A program made the position numbers and the translations under genes. The notes beneath the pieces are model-generated. The model was not told where the DNA came from, made no database searches, and worked only from the letters and a program-made list of their open reading frames with translations. A DNA stretch of 52,960 bases, the filler included, from Porpidia crustulata (taxonomy: Eukaryota): NCBI GenBank assembly GCA_964255105.1. It is 3 parts of 3 records of this genome, joined end to end, with 100 filler letters (N's around TTAATTAATTAA, not from the genome) between each part and the next. Parts side by side here need not be neighbours in the genome. Positions count along the whole stretch, not along the records: positions 35,392 to 52,960 come from CAXUWE010000213.1; 2 more parts are not named here. One strand, given 5' to 3'. Positions 35,392-47,216 of this stretch are shown piece by piece (the first letter of the stretch is position 1; the number at the start of each line of letters is the position of its first letter).

Positions 35392-36350
35392 GGAGTAGGG
35401 TGGGGTGATGAGTGGGGAGGGTTTGGTGGTTGCGGCTAGGTATGGAAATGGCAGTGCTGGGACTGAGAACGAGAAAGAGTGGATGTTTACGTCTGAGCTG
35501 GTGATCAAGAATCTGTGAACGGAGAAATGAAGCGTAAAGGCTTCAACGTAGCCGTCGCAATATCTCCACCACATTGACCACATCATATCACCTACCCACT
35601 AAAAACTATACTCCCTTTCCTTGCGAGATCGAAAATCATAAGAGTACAACTCAAAACCATGGCAACAAACAAAATAAGCAGATATCCACAAAAGAGCACC
35701 ACTATCCAGCACCTCATCCACCACCTCATTCGCCTCATTCAATAATCTATCTTGCAGCGGTGTTGAGATTGAATCAAATTAAACCAGTACATCAAAATAT
35801 CCACAATCGCTACTGAACTAGGGGTTTTTGCGGGGAATATAAGAAATGATGGACGAGAGGTGGGATTATGGAATTGAGGGATTGGAAGGGAGACGGTTTC
35901 GGGAAGGAAGAAAGGGAAGAAGGGAATAAGGGAACACGATTGCGTTGGGGAAGGAAAGATGGAAAGTGTCACTTGCATGAATTCCCTCGACCTCACTTCC
36001 TGACCCTTACCTCCGCACAAGACAGCCAGGGAAAGGTAGGGGGAAATGTGAAAGGCGACGGGAAATGAAGAAAGAGGTGAAAGCTGAAAAGCGCGGGCGA
36101 TGGATGGGTTGGGTGGAGTGAGTTTAGAAAGTGAGAGGACGATAGGTCTTGATTCGGAGTCTTCTCATTCAGTCATTACCTCCGTCAGTCATTCGGAAAA
36201 GCCATCGAACAACAGAATCAAACAATTCGCCTTACAAATCAAAGGGCATTTTCTCCCTATCCCGCAACTTCTCCGGTCACAACTTCTCAGATACTCTCAT
36301 CACGTCACATTCCCTCAACGCCTCTTACCCCTATCGACCCCAACGAAACC

Positions 36351-39300
36351 TTACCGCCCGAAAAACACCGCATCTTCCCGAATTTCCTTACCACTGCATA
36401 CGAACCCCATTGGTGTCTGAGAAAAGTCTTGTCCCTTGCGCCGTACCGTGAGCCACTGCTGCATGAACTCCAGCGGTGCCTCGGTGAATGGGTCGGCGCC
36501 ATGGTCATCACTCTCATAAGCAAATGGCAGCTCATCGCACAAATTTTCCGCGCCTGGTGATGGCAGGCCGAGCTTTTGACAGATGGGCGGGTAGTTTGCG
36601 TAGTCAAAGTACAAGCGTCCAGCGAAGATGCCTAGATCGCGGACGAGCCATGAGGGGGCGCGCCAGGTTGGAGGGAGGGTGGGAACGGTGTAGAAGCGGA
36701 GAGTGTCAAAGGCGAGCGTATTGCGTGTTACTGGCGCAGCGTAAATGACTAAATGCGTACGAGGAGTCTCGGCGTCACGGATCTGGTCAAGGAGGGCTTC
36801 GGCCTCGTGGGGGCTGACAATTATTGCGGCGTCAGACACTGTGCTCACTATGATCCATTGAACTGGCCGCAAATATTCGTCGCGAGACTGGCCTCGAGCT
36901 ACTTGTATGATACCCATGAAATCGCTTGTGACATAGAGCTTCGATGTTAGGGCACTCGCGTAGATGCCGCCTCGCATGCCTACTCCTGTTCGTCGCATGG
37001 CTTTGAAAACTTGCTCGTACGAGCTTGAGTTATCAACTTTTCTCCCTCGTTTGACGAATTGGACAAGGTCTTCATGCAAAGGCAAATGCTTAAGAGCGGT
37101 TGCCCTCGTGGGCTTCTTAACTTCGCGCACAGTCTCAACTTCAATGGCAACCTCTCGCTCCTGCTCGACTTCTTGGTACGTCGACGCCTGTACAGTCTCG
37201 CTGGTCTCACGGAGATTCTCCCTCATGTTACTCAGTTTATTCACGTACGAAGACAGTAGTGGTATATCACTAGTGGCTATAGGAGTTGCCCTGAGCTTCT
37301 TTACCGGAGCATACAAGTGCTCTAGCGAGTAGTGCTCTGGCTGTTCGAGGACCTTTAGATAGCGACTGCGGTGCTCGGCATTAGTTGCTGCTTTATGATT
37401 TACTGTCGCAGATGATGTTCTCTGACAAAAGTCAAGACCTTGTGAAATATAGAGCGGTTGTATCTGCTCGATGGAACGGCATGATTGTTCGAGTAGCCAA
37501 GACACAACATCATGAGAATCGATCCAGTCCTTGAAGCTTTTGCCCCGGAAATTAAGGATACTCTGATGAACTTCTGGAGGGGCAAAGAAAACGACAGCCT
37601 GAGTAGTTGCCAACAACCGTAATCGCATAGCAGCTACAATGTTCGGTCAGCTCATTTCTCCTATTCATGGAGTTCCTCATGGGAAGATCGACTGACCTTG
37701 CACGGTATGGTCCTTGGTTTGGCCTGGGCCAAGTGTAAGAGCCGCTTTTGCGGTTGCTGGCATCTTCAAATCTGTACCTCTGGTATGGGCCTCGTCAAGA
37801 TAAACCAGACACGCTCCCAAATTATCAACAAAATGCGAGCCTACTAATGGTTGCGAACGGCCGTCCTTGTACAGAACGCGGGCCTTATCTTCTTTATCGA
37901 AGAACACGGCAGCTTCTGCCTCGTGATCGATAGTGAGCCACGTTCGTACTAGTTCTTGATTATCAAGCTCCAGGATCTGCGCTCCAGCGTCGAGTAGCAT
38001 ACGGATCCCGTGGCTAAAAATCATTCTCAGGAAGCGATATTCAGTCAACCTCTTTCCACGATCATCTGCCACCAGAAAGTATTTACGATTCCGTTGTTGT
38101 AATAAGTAAGTTAGTACTTCGGCGTTGGTATGTGACAGTCCAGGCAGATCTCGCTGTTCAATATTCAGGGGTAAGAGTGTTCGGTTATCGTTGGTCCCAC
38201 TGAAGCCAGTTGTCACCGAAGAAGCATGTTTGACAATCTGTTTATCCTCTTCCGGAAATACTCGACCATGGGAACGATCGATTGCAAAGTGATAGGAAGG
38301 GGGCGAGGGTATATCCCAGCCAGAGCTTACAATTTTTCGCTCGAAAGTCTTTGCGTGACGCGGAAATACAAAATTGTTAAGGAAGCTATTAACGACAATC
38401 ATGTTATAATGTAGATGATTCCACAATTCTTTCCGTTGTATTTCGTCGTCTACGTTGATCGCGGCCCACGTGCACATTGAGTCAGGGAGAGTCTTTGCGT
38501 CTTGTATCCACGCGTCAAAGTCAATGGCCGGATCGTCGGATTTGAGCACTTGTCTGAGTACTTGCTCAAACTGGGCCTCGTCTAGACCGGAATAATAGAA
38601 GCTGAGGCACGTCAATAGAATGGCGACATCTGGATGCCCAAATTCTGCCTGATCGGAAGGGACACCTTTAGCGTGGTATGGCACTGCGACTGGGTCTCGC
38701 TTCGGATGCAGGCCATATTGGACATTCCATCGCCTCCCTAAAGCCATGAGTAGTATCCGATGAACAAGTAGTCCGCGAAGGAGGAGAACGCCCTGCCGAG
38801 CGGGTTGTCGATCTTTGAAAAGATCTACAACCACCGGGAGCTCTTCCTTGGTGAAGCGTTGCTTGTGAAGCAGATCGTTGATAGCTTGGAGCTCATGATT
38901 GGTGCAGTCGTTGATTGGCAGTAATTCACCTTCGCCCTTGCAAACGCTTGTGGTGATGCACTGTATCAGTGTCTCTTTCACTGCATCTTGTAAGAAGTGT
39001 ATCGCGGGGAATCTTCCGCTAGAACCCCGGCCAGTGATCTCAATACTTCGCGGATTTTCCAATTGTAGCTGCTCTGCAGCTCTCTTAACGAGGCTGAGAA
39101 CCGATTCAACGACTTTCCATCGATGTGGATGTCCATCCACCGTACGCTGTGTACCAGAAGGATAGACAAGCTGCGTCTTGACAGCGAGGCTATAGTCGCA
39201 CTCATCCAACACATCGCGGAATTTAGATACGAGCCAAGATTGCGCTCGCATCATGACAGCTGCATCTTCCAATCTTTCGCTAGAGAGTTGCTGAAGACCA

Positions 39301-42300
39301 CTGAGTTTGAATGAGAGTAGATGTTCTGGCAAGGCAAGAATGACACCTTTGGCGTTTAAGCATTCCTGGTGGATTGCAACGTATGCTCTAATGTTATCTC
39401 GCGAGGTTGACGATCTTCTAGAGAAGGGTACATGTTTTATTGTGCGACCCAAGAGTCCGCCAAGTCGAATCTGAAGGAGTTGAGCCATTTGTAATAGTAG
39501 GGGTTTTGGCACGATAACGCGGAAGAGCCGCTTTCTATCTGCCAGTATGGCCGCGATCATGGGGATAATGACGCTTGATTTCCCTTGACCCATGTTCATT
39601 TGGAGCACAGAATTTGAGCCAGATTCAGGCGCTATCATTGCTTTGGCAACGAGATACTGATCGGTACGGATGAGTATATTCATTTCGATCTCTAGGAGGA
39701 GCCAATCAGGGTACTGGCTCGGGGTCCATTCCAGATGACCCTTGTTTTCGAACAAGTCGCGAAGCTGAGCTTGGTCAAATTTGTTGCTTGCCGTTTCGAT
39801 TCTCAAAAGTCGCTGCCACGTAGTAATCAATATCCCGTATTTTATGATTGCTTCTCTCAGTGGTCCGGAGGCTGACGTGCAAGAGCTCTTGCTCAGTGTC
39901 TTGAGTATCTCTACAGGCGTGGAACAGGGCCACAAACCACCGTAGCTCAGCCACCTGAAAGATGGATGAGAACTCAACTTCATCCTGATAATGTGCAGCT
40001 GAGACTTCACAGCATTCTCAGAAGCCAACAGCGCGGCATTCAGGTGCCCTCGGTCAACAGTAAGGCTGTCAGGCGAGTCCCCCGTTTTCAGGTTCTGGAA
40101 CGCTTTCAGGCTACGGCACAAATGGTCACCGTAAATATTTCTTACTGAGTCGTCGATATGGATAAAGGGATCAATGATTTCCTGAAGCTCATGTCCTTCA
40201 GACTGCAGATGTTGCACTTCGACCAGACGAGGTACCTTCCTAGGTATGAAGATCTGACTCAGATGTGTACTTGTACCTCCATGTACCGTTGACGACGCGT
40301 CTTCTCCTTGAGAGTGAAAAGCTGTCGAGAAGTTTTCCTTGTTACATGACAGCTTCTCCGTCACATGAGGACTTTCTAATGACGCTGTCATCTCTACAAT
40401 AGCTTGCATTCGTGGCACCGATCCGGTGATCGTGAAAGTCGGATAAAGTTTCATATTTGCCGCCTCAAATCTTAGACCATTGATCACATTAGGAGCTTCG
40501 CAGGAGTCGAGAATTCGTTGGACATCCACTATATGCTCCCAGAGTTCATAGTTTTGAAAGAATCGTAGCCATTCTGGACGTACAAGCAGAATCGCGACGT
40601 CCATATTAACGGAAGAGCACTCCCCCGCAATAACTGACGGGGTCTCGCACGGCCATTGGAGCAGCATCGCCTGAGCGACTGCCTCGCGAATTTCTTTGGT
40701 AGACTGCTCGTATTGGTCCTGAGCTGCAACAAGTGCTCGATGCTGCTTGTAGTTCAAGGAAATGCCACCTAGTAAACTTCGCTCGTCCCTTGGGTATGGA
40801 GTAACTGCAGGGTCCATCAGCTGTACAAGGTAATCTATGGTAGGCTTGCTCTTCTTGCAAAACTGAGCAAAACTGTCCCATCTCGGTACTGACAGGAATT
40901 GAAATTCTTCCATCACTGTAATTGCTATTAAAGTCCGGACGAGGGTCATCTCCATTCTACCACCGAAAGCGATGGTTGCGAAGAAGAACATTGCACCGAA
41001 CACGTTTTTCTTTCGCGATAAATTACGACAGTGATTAAAGAGAGAGCCCCACCGAGAAGCAACATTGAGACTGATGAGTTCATCCAACAAATAGCGCTGA
41101 AATGTGTCGTTATCGCAATAGCCTTCGATAAGCGGCCATTTTTCCAGTAGCTCAGCGAGGTTTGCGGCAACCAGGATTTTGCGAGACCATTGCTTGACCA
41201 ATTTAGCAGCCTGAAAGGCATTGGCTTGTCCGGCTGAAGAAACACGATCTCGGGCAGAATACAACGAATCGGAGTATTGCTCCACAGGTTGGCCTGCATT
41301 TTCAAGTCGATGGGCGCTGTTGCGAATATGAGCACGATGAAGTAGATGGTCTTCACCTCTAGGATCCGCACTGGGCTGCTCTACTGATCCAGGATTGAAG
41401 CGGTATAGCTGTGTACACTGATTCAAGATCTGAGCAACAGCCGGGTGGATTCGATCATCTTGGGCTGCGAATGACACACTCTCCCGCCAAAAGACCTTTT
41501 GATTCACTTTCAAAGCTGTTGGATAGTAAACTCTCTTCGGCGATAATGCTGCCAACGCGAGGAGCCAACGGTGTGCCTCACTATCGACAGGTGCCCATGG
41601 CTGTGCAATACCATTTGACAGGTTGTCCAGAGCCTCTTCGGTACCGGTCCTACCTGTCAAGGGATCTGGAAGAACAAACGATGTGATCGCATGGCAATAT
41701 GCCTTCATGTAGATTACCCTAGGTTCTGGAGGACAGTCGAGTCGATTCAGGATTGTATTGATTGAGAAGCGACAATAAAATCCAGTATGCTCGCTGGTAA
41801 CGCGTACATGGCCCATGTACTGCGTAACATTTGTGGGTCCCATAGCAATTATCACGCTCCTTTCCCTTCGGATACTCGCATCGCAAAGGACTATCTTACT
41901 ATTAAAACCGTAAAGCGTACCGGCATCCTGATCATCGTCGATCATGGCTCGTAGTTGGGGCGATTGCAATAAGCCTTGATCATTGACAAAGAAGGAGATT
42001 TCAAGTTTCGGCAACTGCACCGTAAGCGGCCGACTTCGAGGCTGAAAGGCAAGAATTCGGCTTTGATGCTCGAACGGTTCGAAGATACGGACAATACGCT
42101 GGAATATTGGACTTCGCACATCCAGCAGACTGCTTCTCCCCCGACGTAGGGCGTGACCTGTCCGAATATCGAGGACCCAATCGCTCTCCTTTGAACGCCA
42201 CTTGCTGGCTGCTGGTCTAATCAGAAGCGTCCTCGAAGAAAGATCTAGCCAATGAAAGTGATCGGCAATCAGCGCCATGGGTAGATCTGCGTCTTCTGCA

Positions 42301-45300
42301 GCACCAGTTGGACAGAACAACCCAGGTGGGATAAGTTCCAGCACCCGAGGTCCTTGTACAACTCTAAGGAAAGCTGAACCACCTCGAAACCCAAAATGTA
42401 CTTCGTTGCCCTCGATGGGAGCTGCAAGCATATGATTCATGCCGGGCATTGGAGATGGATATGTGAAATTGAGACGGTCTCCGAGAAGTTGTAGAAAGAA
42501 CCAATGACTTGTGTACTCTTCTGGCAGCCTGCTTAGCTTCTGCTGATCGACAAGCAGACTCCCCTCTATAATGTTGTAATGGATCTCTTGGGCTCTCGTA
42601 TTGCTAGTCTCGACGGACTGCGCGGTAACCCAATTTTCGAACGGCGAAGATAGGAATGTCCAATGGGTGAAGACTCTCGGTGGTACGTTGGCAGCTGCAG
42701 GCCATATATTGTTCATAGCGTCATCGACAGAGGCACTCATCGATCGGATCGATTGACATATCTTACGCTTCAAGCAATGTACCAATTTAAGGTCACGAAC
42801 GTACATATTGCGCATGTACAACGGCAATTTTGACATCCTCCCGAGCTTGTCTTCGGGCAGATTGTCGTACATGGTGACAGAGCACTCGATGAAGCATGCA
42901 AGCGTCTCAGGCTCAAAGCAATCCAACGAATTGCTGATCTCTAGGACATAAGTACGTCGGAAAAGCATGGCGGCGAAAAGTGCATCCCTTGATCGTAGCT
43001 GAGCGGTCTTAGAATCTCTAGCTCCAAGGATCTCCTGCCTCAGAGATCTCGTCCATGCAAATGCGGTAGCACGGATATCCTTGAGAAGTATTGCTGCTTG
43101 GGTAGTCACGTCTATTGAAGCTCCAAGCTCCCAGAGCCTATTAGCCAATGTGAGTAGACATTCTAGGTTTTGGGTTTCACGCCAGTTAGCTCTGATAGCT
43201 TCAAGGCGATTTCGAATTTGCTCAGCTAAGGAACGGCAAAATTGTACATCTTCAAAAACCCAATGATTTATGCGTAAAACCTTAGCTCCCCATGGCGCTC
43301 CAACCTGCAAGGCGAGCTGCGAAACAAGCTTTACGGTAGTCAGTGTACCAAAGTTTATGTTGGGCGAAGCCAGTTCTCTTAGTAGTTGTACCCATCGCAG
43401 CTTCGTTCCAGCCAGTAATTCTTGAAAGGCTTGGTACTCAAAGACTGTCAATGTATTTGGACAATCTGTTTGGCTTGCAATGATCTCATTCGCAGAACGG
43501 CCAACATTGTCACTCATCATCCTCAGAGTAGATGATAGTGAGGAGAACGACGATTTTGGAGGGAAAGACGATGTGCAATGATGAGAGAAGGTGGGCTTCG
43601 CAGTCTTCTGCCTTGCGGGCCAGATCTTCTGCTCTCGATCATAAAGCCTCAGCCGAAGATTGTTGCGCACACACACCTCGTCGAGTTTCACGGGAAACGG
43701 TACTGGGGCGAAATGTGTGCTCAAGAGTGATTTAGTCGTGGATGCAAGTGTAATAGCATTGGGCTCGCGTGTGCCGTAACGGCATAATCCTGAGTAGTCT
43801 TGAATGATTACTTTGGGAATAAAAGTATCAAGAATTGTTTCATGACCGAGCTTGCTCATAATATTCCAGGTCGTGTCACGCCATGCAGCAAATCCTTGAG
43901 GACAAAGTAGCTCGAAAACGGCAGCCTTTGCTGCATTTTGATCGTCTGGTAGTGGATGCTCGATTATTCCTATTCTTATCGCCCTAGCAGCGCTCTCAAG
44001 TCCACATTTCACGCAATTACGGTAGTCATGGACAGTATATGACTCGCCCAACATATTTTCTTTAATGACACGGAGACAGGTGTTTTCTGCGGCCTTCTTG
44101 AGCAGGGCCTCGTATTCTGCGCTCTTGGTGTCCCATTCTAGCTCCTTCTGCGCTCGAGCCCTGTCACCATCGCAGGTGATTTCGTGGAAGAGTGCTTTCA
44201 TTGTCTCGCACTGAGCAAAATATCGTACTGCGAAACAGCTCCCTGAAGGATCTTCAAAAGCTGACGGTAGCGCGTGATTTGCGGACGTATGCCGTATTCG
44301 TAGATGATTTTCCACTTCTCGTAGTCGATACAAGTCTGACATCCGGGAAAGCTGTAGAACATGAAGAATCCCGACCGGAATCCCAGGCTCGTACTCCAAT
44401 AATAAAGGGAAGAGTTGCGTGGCCATTGAATCTAAGGAGGTCCAAAGGTCTAGAATCGTCAAGAGCATAATGGACAGCTCCTCTGGATTGGACTCGTACG
44501 CGGAAAGCGCGGTTTGCTGGTAAGCCCGGATTTCCTTGGCCAATTCAATACAATCACTATGCGTCGCAGATTCAAGCGGGAGTGACGAATATTCATGACA
44601 GTGGCGGGCTACTTGAGACTCGAAATCCGCAAGATCTAGATAATGACAAATTTGCAGAGCTTGAACATTGGTTGCGCTCTTGTTCTGGGAATATGTGGTC
44701 AAATATGAAGCTTGGTCCGCATTCCATCTTGACTGCCAAGGCGGCAAAGGCTGTTGACAAAGTCGCTGTAGATGCTGACCACTATTTAATAGCCTAATGA
44801 AAAGACTCGCGTCGTCGGCGCGCGGCGGTAATCGGAATATTTGCTTCCGAGACCGTTGTCTGATATTGGTCCACTCGGTGGCCAGTCTGTCGTTTACCGC
44901 TTGGAACGTCTTCGTGAACCCATCTTCAAAATTAGAAAACATCTCGTCAATCCCTGTTGAGAGACCGGGTGAAGCTGTTGATTTTTTGGTTTGTAGCTTT
45001 GCCAGACGACGTGCAAGTTTAGCTCTTGCGTGAGCTAAGTAATCAGCTCGAGCTGGATCTAATTCACTGAAATCTTCGCAAAGTCTGGCTATGACGTGAG
45101 CGATGAAGAACTTGTAGTGAAGAATACCCTTGTTGCCGCCGAGTACCTGACATAGGGTACGCAGGATTCCTACCCGTAATAGTAGCCAAGTTGGAGAGCG
45201 TCTCCAGGGATTCTCAGCTCCGTCACTCCAGCATACGTCGTCACGGATACGCTTCCGGGTTATCGTTGGATTATGTGCCTGCCCGTTAGCTTCAAGCAAG

Positions 45301-45944
45301 GCCATCAATAATTGACCGATCAAAACTGGATTGGCCGTATCCCTGCTCTCAAAAACATTGGAGCCGGCTTTCCGCACTGTTGCTGCAAAGTCCTTGATGT
45401 TCTCAATGCTAGCCTGTTCCAAAAATTTCGCGGTATGCTCTTGGAAACTTGGATCCTCGAATGTCCGCGCAGAGATCGCCACTGCACGGCTAGGAAAATC
45501 CCATTGAAGCGCAGTTTTAGAAGCGAGCACGTCCGCAGCTCGAGGGGAGACTTCAAAGGCCTCGAATACATACCCCACGGCTTTCTCTTTACGTATGATG
45601 AGACCAGCGTTTTGTGTTGTGATCTGTAAGATCAACGTATCCGAATCGGAATTTGAGGCGGACAAGTCGTTGAATGCAACGATTAGAGAATTCTTGTCCA
45701 AATGACGATTTGCACTGGTATGTAATGATGAAAATTGGTCCATTGTACGGCATACAAGGCTCCATTGTGCATAGTATTGGACATCGACGCTTTGTCTGAA
45801 GGCTCGAACATCTTTCTGCAATCGCTGTGCAATAGCGCGATCCACGGTCCCACCTCTGAGGTCGTCTCGGAAAGGGAGTCGTGGCGGCAAGGTGATATGA
45901 TTGACGAGTGCGTCAAGGATGTGATCTGGCTCTCTATCCGCCAT
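36351..45944 (-). CDS. Giant (~3176 aa) DUF3638/DUF3645-type P-loop NTPase with SF2-helicase-like motifs (family often auto-annotated 'ubiquitinyl hydrolase 1')
   Basis: 2755-aa and 425-aa ORFs joined in frame by a 63-nt intron (37634-37696; TVQ|AAMRLR). Motifs QMNMGQGKS, LDECD, EFGHPD, GFSGTND, DEAHTRGTDL, EQEREV; N-terminal PWRRSPTW. Confidence 0.9.
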
Positions 45945-47216
45945 TTTGGAAATATCTTGATCGTGGAAGTTGAGACTAATTCACACAAGCTGAAGTAGAC
46001 GGTCAAAGCATACGTAAGCGTAGGTAGGAAAGAAGCTCAGTAGGAGTAAAGGGTTTACCTCTAGCAATCAAGTAGCGCGTCTACTGTTCACAACACCTGA
46101 AATCTGTTTGCATCTATCCACATGTGTTGACCCGAGACATAGTGGTAATTGTAACAAGGGAAATGGTCCATCAACACATAGTGACATTTCTAACTACCCC
46201 AAAGCTATGCCATTGCTTTCCAGCAGGCTGTGGTGGTTGATTGATGGATTCGTGCTCAATAAATAGGAGCGGTGAAGTGACGGCGTATTTGCTCCATATC
46301 GTGATAACTAGCTGCCTCATGTACTAGGAGAAGTTTTACTGTTACACAAACTTCCTAAGACCTATTGGAGCTCCTGCTCAAGGTTCTGGGTAATCAACGG
46401 TTGATTTACGATGTATGTGCCAGTACCTCGGAGAAAATGTACCGGACAACATAACTCTGATAAGGACGAAAGCCATGATTTGATCGCAGAGAGTAGAAGT
46501 ATGCAAGTTGGTTCAATTATTTTGAGAAAAATCATTTGATTGGGGAAGGAAGTGAGGTGAACGATGCATTTACTACAAACCTGATAACGGAAACATGACT
46601 CAGCAAGACTCACGTGCTGATACGCCGATAGTGGTGGCTTCCCTCAATCTACCCATCGTGCCATCCAATTTAGCAGCGATATTTGCAAAATACGTAGCTT
46701 CAACACTGATAGTCCACTACGGATGAGAACAGCATCAAGAGCATCAAGCGACTCAACGTTAGTCACAAGACCAAAGCTCCCCCCACGCAATTCTTGACAG
46801 GCGGTCCCCTGGAAAGTAGTAACGCCCCCAGCACAGATATCTTCCATTTCAGTCAAAGACTTACTCGCAGATATTATTCTGTTTCAATGACCGCTTGGAT
46901 ATCATTATATTAGACGCACTAGCTAAATCGTAGACATCTTCCACGAAAAAATTCAAGGTATGTTGACTAAGGTAAGGTATAAGAACATGAGTAGGCTGGT
47001 ACAATGAGACCTGGCACCCCCTGTGGATGGATCCCGAGACTTAATTCATTAAATTTCGCTGATGACTTGGTAGGAAGCGAAGGGAACATAAATAGTTGTA
47101 CAAGCCTACAGCTGAATTCCACGGAAATCGCTGCGTAACGGTTTTGCTGAAAGACGCGTCCTCTCCTCTGCACCGTCCTCCGCCCGGAACGTGGTCAGAT
47201 CGTCACTACAACCCAA

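Noticed and set aside
35392..36130. Purine/pyrimidine-skewed tracts with short ORFs
   Set aside because: Low-complexity intergenic sequence; no convincing TIRs or coding signal.
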